This document shows positions 10,038-20,619 of a stretch of DNA of 54,234 bases, piece after piece; position 1 is the stretch's first letter; each line of letters opens with the position of its first letter. A program made the position numbers and the translations under genes. The notes under the pieces are model-generated. The model was not told the DNA's origin, ran no database searches, and saw only the letters and a program-made list of their open reading frames with translations. Source of the stretch: Pseudogymnoascus verrucosus (taxonomy: Eukaryota); the NCBI GenBank assembly GCA_001662655.1, contig KV460265.1. One strand, given 5' to 3'.

Positions 10038-11393
10038 CTACTGAAGCCCGTCTTGGACCTGTAGAACTGCCTTCTCACGGGGCTCCTCATCTTCCTCTCC
10101 CAGGTGTGTTCTGACTTCCGGAAGGTCTTCAGTCACTTCGAGCACCAGAGGCCTTTTCTCTTCCTGGAGCTCCTCCTTCGCATGAGGCTCTTCGACTTGA
10201 GGTCCTTTGTCTGTTTTATTCTCCTCCAACATATGCTCAGCGAGATACATCGCCACTGTCCTGACGCAATAATCGTTGTAGTCACCCTGGATCTTTAATT
10301 CCGGGGTAATGCTGCCCATAGAATCAAGCAAGTCCCATGCTTCGTAGACTAGCTTGTCGTTTGCAGCCATTAAAAAAAATGTCTCCCTAGTCTTCGCTCT
10401 GAAGTCTCTCCCCAGTTTCGCAATATCTTTCCCACCTTTATCATTGCTAGGCGTCTCTAACTCGTCATGCAGTTTGTTCAGATCATTACGAAGCTTCTCT
10501 TGTGCGTCAATGAGCTTCTGGAACTCTTCTGGAGTTGTCGTTCGCAACTTGTCTTCCACGATTCCCAATTTTTTAGCCTTTGCTTTCAAAGCCTCTTTCT
10601 CCGCTTCCAAGCTTTCTCTCTCCTCCTGCAACTTTGCTTTCTCGGTCTCTATCTTTTCTCTCTCGATTGCCAGACGCTCTTCCACTAACGTTTCCGTACG
10701 GAGCCTGTCTCGCGCTGTCTGCTCATTTTTCTTTGTCGCCTCGAAATTGACCTGCTTCGACGCCAAGTCTGTTAACTTCGACACCAGAGTTGCCAATTGC
10801 TCCACCAAAGCCTGCTGTTGCTCCATCTCCAGTGGCGAAGCTTCTTCCCCTGCCTGTTCATTTCCTTTTGATGCCATAGAATCAGACAGAGGGGTTACCC
10901 AAGCTGACACCTTCGATACCCATGCCGCGAGATCCACCAACACAGCATGCTGCTCTACGAGTATAGCATTTTGCTCCTTGACCAAAGCTTCATTGTAAAT
11001 CACCAAAGAGTCAATTTCAGTCTTCGTATACAGTTTGTCCGCTGCCAGCTCCAATAGGCTGGTATGTCTTCCGTCGAGTCGCTCTCTCGTCCGTTTTGCC
11101 CTCCGCATCCGACTGACAAAAACAAATAGTTCAATGGTGCTGCAAATGGCTCTCACGAGCATAGTGACGCAACTAGTCCATCTCGTGAGCTGAGACTGGG
11201 CTGTGTAGTTGTAGTGACAGACACTAAGCCTTGAGGATGGGTCGACAGAACCGGAAAGGCAATAAAAGTATATGCTAAGGCTGGCGAAGGTATAGATGTC
11301 GGCGATAGCACCCACGAGTAGGAGGGATTCCAGGGACCAATAGGAGCTGAACCAGCGCGCACAGCGTGAAGTCATCTCAGCCCAACGACACAT
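10038..11393 (-). CDS. Hypothetical membrane-anchored coiled-coil protein (451 aa)
   Basis: Long intact ORF with ATG after caaccttctcacc. One or two hydrophobic N-terminal segments (LLLVGAIADIYTFASLSIYFYCL; VTMLVRAICSTIELFVFV) are followed by a long E/K/L/Q-rich heptad region. Confidence 0.7.
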   Translation of the reverse strand: MCRWAEMTSRCARWFSSYWSLESLLLVGAIADIYTFASLSIYFYCLSGSVDPSSRLSVCHYNYTAQSQLTRWTSCVTMLVRAICSTIELFVFVSRMRRAKRTRERLDGRHTSLLELAADKLYTKTEIDSLVIYNEALVKEQNAILVEQHAVLVDLAAWVSKVSAWVTPLSDSMASKGNEQAGEEASPLEMEQQQALVEQLATLVSKLTDLASKQVNFEATKKNEQTARDRLRTETLVEERLAIEREKIETEKAKLQEERESLEAEKEALKAKAKKLGIVEDKLRTTTPEEFQKLIDAQEKLRNDLNKLHDELETPSNDKGGKDIAKLGRDFRAKTRETFFLMAANDKLVYEAWDLLDSMGSITPELKIQGDYNDYCVRTVAMYLAEHMLEENKTDKGPQVEEPHAKEELQEEKRPLVLEVTEDLPEVRTHLGEEDEEPREKAVLQVQDGLQ

Positions 11394-12069
11394 GGTGAGA
11401 AGGTTGCTTGGAGTGTTGGGGCTTTGTATTCTGGCGAAACCGCTCTTGATGTGATGTTTGGTGAATAATGTGTTCTTTGAGGTAAATGTGGAAGTCTTGG
11501 AGTTTCAAAAGGGTGTTGTTGGCACTGTTGTTCCTGAAGTTGTAAGTAATTTGAATGTGATAATGAAGAGACACGCTCGAATGGCAGTGAGACTGACCTT
11601 AACCACCAGTTTCTTAAACGTGAACTTGATAACTGATTGTACTGTGCGATGAAGAGTAGCCGACAAGAAGAAAGGTAGGTTTGTGGATTGGGGGAAGTGT
11701 GAGCGTGTTGAGGTTGAGGAAGGGGAGACCCTCATCAGACCATACCGATTAGACGATGACGGTTCGAGTTTGGGGAAGGTACGGTTACTGTTGTTGACTT
11801 TAGTCGTTATCAGGTACGGTGCTGCCATCTCAAACCCACGGATTCTATTTGTCTATACTAGTATCTCAGTATCCAGCTTGCACATATGTAATAATACTAT
11901 TCAACAAGTAATTTATATGATCCAGATCATTATTTATCCATTTTCCAAATTCCTACAAAGATGCGACACGGTGATTTCATCAATATTCAAGCTTCCGTGC
12001 CACGGGGATATAATACAGTCTCTCCTCTCAACAACCAAACCACTGCCAGAATTAACCGCAACAGCTCCT

Positions 12070-13065
12070 TCAAGTATCTTCCTGCCACGCAAAATCCAGG
12101 TCCTTATTCCTCTTCGTCCGATTCAGCGCCCTGAACCTCTCACCCTCCCACCCATTCCCGCGATCAACCCCATCCCACCTATGCCCAGGACGAATCCCAT
12201 ACCGATTCGGCGCCGCAGCTCCCTTATATGTCTTCTTCCCCGTCCCCGCTACAGCCGCACTCCCACCCCCACCCCCTCCAACATCCTCCTTCTGCGTCAA
12301 GAACGCCATCGCCGGATCATCCCACCTCAACTTCCCCTTCAACTCCCTATTCAACTCCTCATCCTCCACCCCCCTCGCCACCGGCATAAACCTCGCCTCC
12401 TCCAGCTCCTCCCTCCTCTTCTCCCTCACCTCCTTCTGCTTCTCCCCCCCCATCTCCTCCCTCTCCCTCCTCTCCTTCCTCACCCTCTCCTCCTCCTCCC
12501 TCCTCGCCTCCGCCCTCCTCATACTAATATCAATCCTCCGTCCCGTCGCATCACGATACACCGTCTCCTCCTCCTTCCCCCTCCCCCCCCCTTCCCGCTC
12601 CTCTTTCTCCCACCTCGCCCTCTCCCTCCTCGCCGCCCTCTCCATCTGCTCCGCCACCGCTGCGCCGCTCTGAAGACCCGCATGCGTCCCATCCCCCATC
12701 TTCACAATACTTGGATCCTCATCCCCTCTCCCCGCTTCCTCATTCTCCCGCGCCGCTTGCGCTACAATCGCGTCGGCCTGTGCATCATCTCCTCCGCCGG
12801 CGGTAGGCTCCCGCACGGATTTCCACGCGCTCTGTTTAGCTTTGCGAAATTCTGCAGTAGACCCAGATGTCACGGCTGTAATTGTATCCTCATCATCGTC
12901 CTTGCGGACGGGCGCCCAGTCCGCGTCGTCGTCGGCGATGATAAGGCCGGTGTTGGCGGATGTGTCTTTGGTCTTGCGCTTGCGTTTTTTGGTGGAGGAA
13001 GAAGAGGAGGAGGGGCCGGGGTCCGCGGTGAGGTATTTGGAGGCGAGGTAGGAGGAGAGTGACAT
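12070..13065 (-). CDS. CWC26: Pre-mRNA splicing factor Cwc26/Bud13 (RES complex)
   Basis: MSLSSYLASKYL start, ETVYRDATGRRID, RWDDPA and the C-terminal PNRYGIRPGHRWDGVDRGNGWE Bud13 signature. Confidence 0.95.
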   Translation of the reverse strand: MSLSSYLASKYLTADPGPSSSSSSTKKRKRKTKDTSANTGLIIADDDADWAPVRKDDDEDTITAVTSGSTAEFRKAKQSAWKSVREPTAGGGDDAQADAIVAQAARENEEAGRGDEDPSIVKMGDGTHAGLQSGAAVAEQMERAARRERARWEKEEREGGGRGKEEETVYRDATGRRIDISMRRAEARREEEERVRKERREREEMGGEKQKEVREKRREELEEARFMPVARGVEDEELNRELKGKLRWDDPAMAFLTQKEDVGGGGGGSAAVAGTGKKTYKGAAAPNRYGIRPGHRWDGVDRGNGWEGERFRALNRTKRNKDLDFAWQEDT

Positions 13066-13190
13066 GTTTGCGGGTGTGAGTTCGTGGGTTTTTGGAAATG
13101 GGTAAGGCCTCTGGTTGAGATGAGGCTGGTGGTTTGCCAGGTTTGGGCGAGGCTGCGTAGTAGGGATAAATGTCTTGGCATTTATGAATG

Positions 13191-13200
13191 ATCACGTGAT
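13191..13200. promoter_or_regulatory. Palindromic E-box ATCACGTGAT (Cbf1-type bHLH site) upstream of CWC26
   Basis: Perfect 10-bp palindrome about 125 bp upstream of the ATG. The same 10-mer lies upstream of ENP1. Confidence 0.5.
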
Positions 13201-13457
13201 TATATGATATTCAGCACGAAGCTCACTACGAATTCACCCAAGTTGTTTTAGTCACTAGAGAGATGAAATCAAAGTTCGTTGAGGTTTGCAATCTACTTAT
13301 TATGTCAGAAGGATAAGCCAGGCAAACAACCAGTCTTCGCCTATAGCCTCCACATCCCCCATGATGCCTGACGATACGTGCAAATAGCTCCATCCATCCC
13401 ATCCTCTCCCACCACCCCTCTCGAACCCCTATAAACCTGTCTCTCTATCTAAACACT

Positions 13458-15799
13458 CTACGTAGCTCTTGGTCTCAACAGCTTATCCTCCTGGCTGAAC
13501 ACCGAATTCTCCTTAACCAGCTTAATAAACTTCTCACGATCCTCTTTGTCCTTCCCATTCCCCTTGATACGGCCCGAGAAAATCTTAAGCAGCATCCCAA
13601 TGGCAATACCCTCCGCCGGGATCGCAGCCGCAATCTCATCCGCCATAATCGGTCGAATAGGAGACGCCGCACCTGCAGAGCTGTTAGTCACGCGTGCTGA
13701 AGCTGGAGAGCCGTCACGAGGCTTTGGGGGCGACGTGGGTCTGAAGGGTATCTGCGACGTAGGACTCAAAGAAAGAGGGGCCATACCCTGTGCCTGGGCC
13801 GGGCTCCCAGCGCGGCTTCCATTGGCGGGGCTGCCGGCGCGGGAAGGAGAGGCGCTGTTGCCGAGACGGAGCTTAATGCCGGATTTGCGCTTCTTGCCGC
13901 CGGCGCCATCCGACATCTCGCTGTCGCTCATGGCTGGGTGGGGGGTGTTGGCTTGGATGTCAGAGAGGCGTGAGGAGTTGACGTGAAGCTTGACGATGGA
14001 GGATTTGCGTGGGCTGACGCCACCTGCTGGGGCTGAGGAGGATGGGTGAGGTGACCCCGAGCGAGGGGTGGATGTCCCGGTTGGCTGGGAGGATGAAAGC
14101 ATGTGCTTCTTCTTGTGCTTCTTGCGGGTGGATTCGTTTCCGCTTGTTTCGGAGGCTGAGAGGTTGGGAGATCCAGCGCGCTTGAGGTGGTTGTGTTTCT
14201 TGTGAGGATCAGTGCTTCTTGGGCGTCCAATCGGGGTGGTTGTTCCCTTTGTTGAAGCGCCAGAGGCAAGCTTTGGCACGCCGAGCTTTTCTTTCTCTTT
14301 CAACTTGGCCTCCTCGTCCTTCTTGCGGTCTTCCTCGGCCTGCTTCTCGTCATCTGTGGTCTCATCGCCGCTCTGTAGTTTGTTAGTATATGACGTATGA
14401 AATGGAATTGGTGACATACTGAAGAAGAATATGGGTTTGAGGAATCGCTCTCATAAGTGTAGTTCTTTTCACGCTTTCTGAGCGACTTCCTCAGGCTCTT
14501 GCCAAGGCGCTTCTTCATCTCCTTTTCTTTCGCTTCCTCCTTGAATTCTTCCTCAACTTCTTCCTCATCTGCGTCTCCAAACAAATTCGCTCCCAACTGC
14601 TCCCGCTTGATCTTTTCAGCAGCGAACTTGGTGTCCTCGTCATTTTCTGGCTCGACAGTGGCCTGCTCGTCATCATCTTGGAACAAATCATCTGTAATAT
14701 CAAGATCGTCGTGATCTCTAGCTTCGCTCTTGGGCATGGGCCTCTCGCCCTTGACTTTACTGTACAGGCCAGCCATGGCTTGAATTCCCCTCTGCCTCTC
14801 TGCGGCTTCTTGGTTCTGTTGGTCAGCATGCATAACCCATCTATTTGCCTTAGACTTCTTGTTCATCTCAGCCTCTGCCTCCTCGATCGTCAAAGTCTTA
14901 AACTGGTTCTTAGGCGTGAACTTGTACCACTTCTCGATCGGAACCATCCTGAAATTGGTCCCGTCGATGACGAAGATGACGTTCGTGTCCGACAAAGCAG
15001 CCTCGTAGTTGCCCACCCAAGTTTGTTTGTTCTCGGCGTCTTCAAGATGCCATGGTAAGGCCTCTTCATAGCGTAGATCTGACTCCTTCATCTCCTCTTC
15101 GGTCTGGGCCGTTCTATGAACCTGGGTCGTCTTCTCATTCTTGAACGACTGGACTTTCTTGGCTGCCAATGCCGATGCGTTGTTTCCAGAGGGTGCAATC
15201 TGGGCCAGATCAGCAGCTCGCTGTGCCTCTTTGGCAGCCCGAGCGATTTCCTGCTTCTCTCTCTCCTTATCATCGATTGGCTCCCCCATCACCGTATCCT
15301 CATCCTTGGCGACTTTCCCAGCAGGCGGTTGTCTTGGGTCGCGGCGATGGAGAGAGACGGGCTTAATGAAGTCGTCAGAATTCGTTGGGTCGACCTTCTT
15401 CTTAGAGGCAAATCGTGCAATATGGTATCGTAGACCCTCGCGCATCGCCCTCTTCGTCGTCGTGAGCGCAAAGTCCTCGTATTCTCCGATGTTCGACTTG
15501 CGTGTGAAGTCGAGCTGGGGCTGTGGCGGCGCATTGCTGCTTGGTCCCGCAGGAGCAGCTGCTCGATTATTCCCTGGGTATCGTGGTAGGGGACGAGGTG
15601 GCGGTGGTGGTTTGTTCAGGGCAGTGAGTCCATTCTGGTTCTGTTGGCGTGATCTCGGAGCAGCCTGTGGCCGCACAACTGGTTTCTTGTAGGTGGCGAA
15701 TGGATCGGCCTTTGCTCTTCGGATGATCTTTGGCGGTTGCCCGCCTGAGTTTGGTGTCGGGGTTCCATTGGGAGTGATGCCAGCTGGAGAAGCGCTCAT
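13458..15799 (-). CDS. TFG1: Transcription initiation factor TFIIF alpha subunit (Tfg1/RAP74); introns 14419-14373 and probably 13786-13673
   Basis: Motifs LRYHIARF, PVSLHRRDPR, LRYEEALPWHLED, WVGNYEAALS, FRMVPIEKWYKFT and TLTIEEAE, plus a C-terminal winged-helix-like segment. Introns GTATGT...CTAAC...CAG and GTATGG...CTAAC...CAG. Confidence 0.93.
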
Positions 15800-16959
15800 G
15801 ATCACCAGTGACGTTCGTGTGGCCCCGAGGCAGCTATCCAGGGGTGGCGAGGATGCACAAGAGGCACTGATGCGCAGTTGCGAAGCTCAGTATGCGGCAG
15901 ACTAGTATTCAAGCAGTCCTCTAGATGTGGTACAGCGTTGTGTTGGAGCGCAGAGAAGTGATCGGAGTGTATCGCCCCACGCGCGCGACGTCAGAGCGAC
16001 GATTCGAAATCGAAAGAGGCGGTGCGCAAGGCTCAGTTTTCTGCGCTTTCAAAGATGATTGTTGGTAAATCCCTTTCTTTGTTGTGTCTAGTATAGAGGT
16101 GAGAGGGAGTGGCGGAAGGAAGAGTAAATGGGTGAACAATGGAGAGAGGGAGTGAATATGTCTTGGTGCCTTGCCTCACTCCTCTTCTTTGGACTTGGGA
16201 CGAACCCATGAACTTCGCGTGTACTAGGGTGGGCGCTAGCTCACGTTTTGGCTGTTTTTAGCGTGGGCGAGAGCTCCGCGAGACTCATGGCCTTCCCGTG
16301 ACTTTACACGTGACCTTGCAACATCTCTGAGCTGGTCCATCCAAGCATACATTTCCTTTTATATACTGTTCTGACACTTCTTAAAGCTCCATACGGCTAC
16401 ATATTAACTAAAGGAGCTTCGTTTATCACATAAATGATTCAGGCGCCTCTTGGGCGTTGATTCAAAATTCGACTCTGGTAACTCTTTGATGTATCCTCTG
16501 CTTATCAGAACCACAAGCGGCCGCTTACCTTCTTCCATAGCCCAACCTCTGCTCCACACATAAAGTGACGACCTATTCAACTCTACTACGCTCTCTACCT
16601 AGACCCTGTCACGGCTAGGAACTACCAGCCCAGTATACTTTGGTATATGGATAAGAAGAGATCCGGCTAACAGGATATCATTCTTTGGGGAATGGCAGCC
16701 GCAAAACGGAGCCTATCAATCGTATCATTCGTCAGAGGCTCGCTCACGTGAAGCTGTACCTTAAGAGGCTACGCCCTGGACACTTCATCCTAGAGCTATA
16801 CTCTCTCGGAAATACTCCGCGGTTGACATAGGCTTCGGGGAAGAGGATCCATTCCAGGTATCCTAACGACCGTTTTATTTCATTGGTTTTCCGGCATTGA
16901 GCTCTCGGCACTAAAATCATCAAGATACGGAAGGCTCCGTACGCCCAAGTGTCAAAGAG

Positions 16960-19900
16960 ATGTCTCAGAATCATCAACAACAGGAGCTTCCTGATGGCGC
17001 GAATCTTGAGGACAGGCTCCGCGGCTTAATTATGAACAACTCACCAGGTCCTGTTATTCAAGACCAAAGGCAGCCAGCCGCTCCAGCATCTGTTCCTACG
17101 ATTCCTCCTCATATGAGAGGTGCTTCGTTGGCTCAGCAGCAAGACTATTTGCAGAGAAGTATGATGCGTACTCAAGGCCCACCTGCACAGCCAGTGCAGC
17201 AAGCTCCGCCTCAGAAGGCCCCTCAAACTACTCACAAGCGCCTTAATCAATTTCAGCGCCGACAGCTCGCTTCGCAAATGGCTATTCCTGTAAATGATAA
17301 AGCCTCAGTGTCTACCGCCCCGCAAGGGAGCCCTGGATTCCATGGTACCCAACATCTTTCTCACCGTCTTGCTGGCAATCCGCAGAATAGTGTCATGTTC
17401 CAGCAGCAGTCAGAACAAATTACCTATCAGCAGGACTTTCAACGTGGCCCCATGCCTCAGTCAGTTGTGCACCGTGGCCCAGGGTTCCAAGATACCCACG
17501 TGAGAGGCCCGCCTCCTGGGCTTGGTGGTGAATTTAGAGGGCAAGCCCCTGGGTATCAGCAAGGCCATTCCCAACAGCAGTGGCAGCAAGGTCGTCAGAA
17601 TTTCCAGCAAGATCGCCAGAGCTTCCAACAAGGACCATCACAGTTTCAACAGCGCCCACCCCCGCAGAATCGTCAACTGTTCCAACCGGGAGGATATGGA
17701 GCACCTCTTCGTACTATAGCTCCCTATGGCGTCTCGCCAGAGCAGATCGCTGCCCAGAGTGATTTTCTTGAGAGCTTGGTCCAGGCAATCGTTCCTCATG
17801 TTGGAGTTAATACCGAGGAGATTGCGGAAAAAGAGGCCTTCAGAGCAAAAGCCGAGCAAGTATGTCGGGATGCAGTTGTCAAGTACGAGCGAGAGGAGCT
17901 AGGGAATCAGGACTTTGTGCCTGAGTCAGTGCAGTTGACGTGCTTTGGGAGTATGGCGTCTGGGTATGCAACTAAGGGATCGGATATGGATTTGGCATTG
18001 CTCAGTCCGTTGTCTTTGATACCTCCGGAGTCCTCTGAATCCCCGATCCCGAGAATACTTGAGAAAGCATTGCTTGAGTGGGGGTGTGGTGCGAGGCTGT
18101 TAACGAGAACACGAGTTCCGATTATCAAGTTGTGTGAGAAGCCAACTGAGAAACTAAGGGCCGACTTACTTCAAGAACGATTGAAGTGGGAGAATGGGTT
18201 TGATGTGGATGAACCTGATGAGGATGTCGTTGAGGAGGACTTAGATGCTGTCGAGAAAGACGAGGTACCGGAGAACGCCGAGAAGCCCACAGTTGCTGTA
18301 ATCGAAAAAGCGAAGACTGCTGAAGAGATATACACCGAGACACTGTCCACTTTCCGTCAAAAGAAGAACCTCTCCCTTGGCGATTACTATGGCTCTGCGA
18401 AACGACTTTTGCGGCAGTTAGGAGGACGGGATGTCGGGGCAGCGTATGGAACGAACCCAACTGAAGATGAGGTTAGAATCCTCGCAGATGTTTGCGAAGC
18501 CTTTGTCAACGGTCTCGAGAACCAGGAACTCAGGGATCAGCTTGTCCAATACAAGTCCCTAGTCTTCGACCGAGTCGGAAACCCTGCAATGGCAAAATCT
18601 CTTGGTGGAGTCTATCAACAGATCGAAGGAGAGCGCCTAGCCATGGCATGGAGCTCTAGACCTTTGCCAGAGATGACTGAGCGGTCGGAAGGGTTTTCGG
18701 ATGATCTGATCAAGCAATGGAGGACGCTATTAGACTGCAATACAGCAGAGTCTGCAGTGTACAATAGACGGCTTCACCAATCACTGGAAAGGTTGAAGAA
18801 GGTAGCTTCGTTGCAACTCGTATTCCTTGAGCATCAGGAAAATGAGAGCGCAGCGCAGTACTATGCGAGAGTTCGCAAGCTCTTGCTCGAACTTGGTGGC
18901 AAGGATGAGCCTGGTGCCGAGAATACTGCTCTGGCTATTGTGATCACACACTACATCAACGGCGCGAGGGGCATCAAAATCCGCGAAACCCTACAGTCCA
19001 TAGTTTCTCGGAACCCGCCTCTTTCTCTCAGCACAATCGGCCTCCATCACCGAATCCTCGAATTAGCGCGCGACTTTGAGAAAGCATTAGCTAAAAATAC
19101 CTACCAAGAAGCAGACCGCCCATATGTTGAGATGTACATCTCTGTCCTGCTATCAGCCAGCACTGGCACAGAAACCTCGGCACCGCTCCTACCATCTACA
19201 CCACACCTCCTCCCCCTCCTCGAGAAAATCGCCACCCTCCCCGACCCAACGCACGCCTGCAAGCCCCGGGACCGCTACCATGACCACCTCGAGTTCCCCA
19301 AAACGAAAATCGGTATCCAGTGCGATATCAATTTTGCCGCCTCGCTCGCCCTCCACAACACAACCCTCCTGCGCTGCTACTCCCTCACCGATCCGCGCAT
19401 CAAGCCGATGATCCTCTTCGTTAAGCACTGGGCCAAACGCCGCGCCATCAACACGCCCTACCGCGGCACCCTCTCCAGCTACGGCTACGTCCTAATGGTG
19501 CTCCACTACCTCGTCAATATCGCCCAGCCCCCCCTTGCACCAAACCTCCAACACCACAACCCTCCTCCACACGCTCCCGCCATCGCACCACAAACCTGCC
19601 AAGGCGCCAACGTCACTTTTTGGCGCGATGAGCGCGAACTGACCGACCTTGCACGCCGCGGGCTGCTGAACCATAATGGCGAAAGTGTCGGGTCGTTGCT
19701 GAGGGGATTCTTCGAGTACTACGCGCAGAACGGGCCGATGAGCGGTGGTGGTGGACGCGGATTCGATTGGGGACGCGAAGTACTCAGTTTGCGGACTCGA
19801 GGCGGCTTGCTCACGAAGCAGGAGAAGGGGTGGGTAGGCGCTAGAACCGTGACGCAAACTACTACCGAGGCTGCGCCGGCGGCAACAACAGCGGTAGCTA

Positions 19901-20244
19901 ACGGAACCGGTGCGCCGGGGTCGCCTGGTGCAGCGCGGAAGGTGGTGCGCAAGGAGGAGGTGAAGGAGATTCGGCACCGGTACCTGTTTGCGCTTGAGGA
20001 TCCGTTTGAGCTTGATCATAATGTGGCGCGCACGGTGACGCATAATGGGATTGTGGCGATTCGGGATGAGTTCCGGAGGGCGCTGAGGGTGGTGAGGGGT
20101 GTGGGGAGGGGAGGGGGAAAGGATGAGGGGGGGTTGCTGGATGAGGTTAGAGCGGAGGAGGGAGGGAAGGAGGGAGTGGTGGAGGGGATGAAGGTTATTC
20201 ATGGGCTTGGGGCGGAGTTTGGGGGTGCTACGGCTGAGGCTTGA
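16960..20244 (+). CDS. Cid1/Cid13-family non-canonical poly(A)/poly(U) RNA nucleotidyltransferase (TUTase-like) with a large insertion
   Basis: NTase motif CFGSMASGYATKGSDMDLAL, RVPIIKL, CDINF...LALHNT.LL..Y, VKHWAKRR.IN.PYRGTLSSYGY.LMVLHYL and PAP-associated LLRGFFEYY...FDW...EDPFELDHNVAR. Q-rich N-terminus. Confidence 0.93.
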   Translation: MSQNHQQQELPDGANLEDRLRGLIMNNSPGPVIQDQRQPAAPASVPTIPPHMRGASLAQQQDYLQRSMMRTQGPPAQPVQQAPPQKAPQTTHKRLNQFQRRQLASQMAIPVNDKASVSTAPQGSPGFHGTQHLSHRLAGNPQNSVMFQQQSEQITYQQDFQRGPMPQSVVHRGPGFQDTHVRGPPPGLGGEFRGQAPGYQQGHSQQQWQQGRQNFQQDRQSFQQGPSQFQQRPPPQNRQLFQPGGYGAPLRTIAPYGVSPEQIAAQSDFLESLVQAIVPHVGVNTEEIAEKEAFRAKAEQVCRDAVVKYEREELGNQDFVPESVQLTCFGSMASGYATKGSDMDLALLSPLSLIPPESSESPIPRILEKALLEWGCGARLLTRTRVPIIKLCEKPTEKLRADLLQERLKWENGFDVDEPDEDVVEEDLDAVEKDEVPENAEKPTVAVIEKAKTAEEIYTETLSTFRQKKNLSLGDYYGSAKRLLRQLGGRDVGAAYGTNPTEDEVRILADVCEAFVNGLENQELRDQLVQYKSLVFDRVGNPAMAKSLGGVYQQIEGERLAMAWSSRPLPEMTERSEGFSDDLIKQWRTLLDCNTAESAVYNRRLHQSLERLKKVASLQLVFLEHQENESAAQYYARVRKLLLELGGKDEPGAENTALAIVITHYINGARGIKIRETLQSIVSRNPPLSLSTIGLHHRILELARDFEKALAKNTYQEADRPYVEMYISVLLSASTGTETSAPLLPSTPHLLPLLEKIATLPDPTHACKPRDRYHDHLEFPKTKIGIQCDINFAASLALHNTTLLRCYSLTDPRIKPMILFVKHWAKRRAINTPYRGTLSSYGYVLMVLHYLVNIAQPPLAPNLQHHNPPPHAPAIAPQTCQGANVTFWRDERELTDLARRGLLNHNGESVGSLLRGFFEYYAQNGPMSGGGGRGFDWGREVLSLRTRGGLLTKQEKGWVGARTVTQTTTEAAPAATTAVANGTGAPGSPGAARKVVRKEEVKEIRHRYLFALEDPFELDHNVARTVTHNGIVAIRDEFRRALRVVRGVGRGGGKDEGGLLDEVRAEEGGKEGVVEGMKVIHGLGAEFGGATAEA

Positions 20245-20619
20245 GATGGGTGGGTGGAGGTAAAGAGGGTGGAATAAAATGAAATGTATGAGTAGCGCAT
20301 AGCAGATGGATCTTGTTTAGCTACTCAATGTTTAACCGCACACTCATTGCTTGATTATATGGTGAAGTTCTGGTAGTCTCATATATCTCCGTCGCACGCT
20401 CATCCAGACAGTGACACGAGACAGAACCTCGTCTCGCGTACACCACAGCACGGCACGAGATGTTCACGAGAAACCCGTAATCTGCTTCGGGATTCTTGGC
20501 GCAGGATCAGAATTCTCGCTCGATGCATATTTGAGCGTGCGCACCAAGGTCCTAAAGCGGTTGCTGTCAGCTCAATGCGGGTACCCGTCTTCAACGGGTT
20601 GACATACTTAATTAGCGAC

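Noticed and set aside
11683..13062. 459-aa plus-strand ORF
   Set aside because: It is the antisense shadow of the G-rich CWC26 gene and has a Leu/Pro/Arg low-complexity translation.
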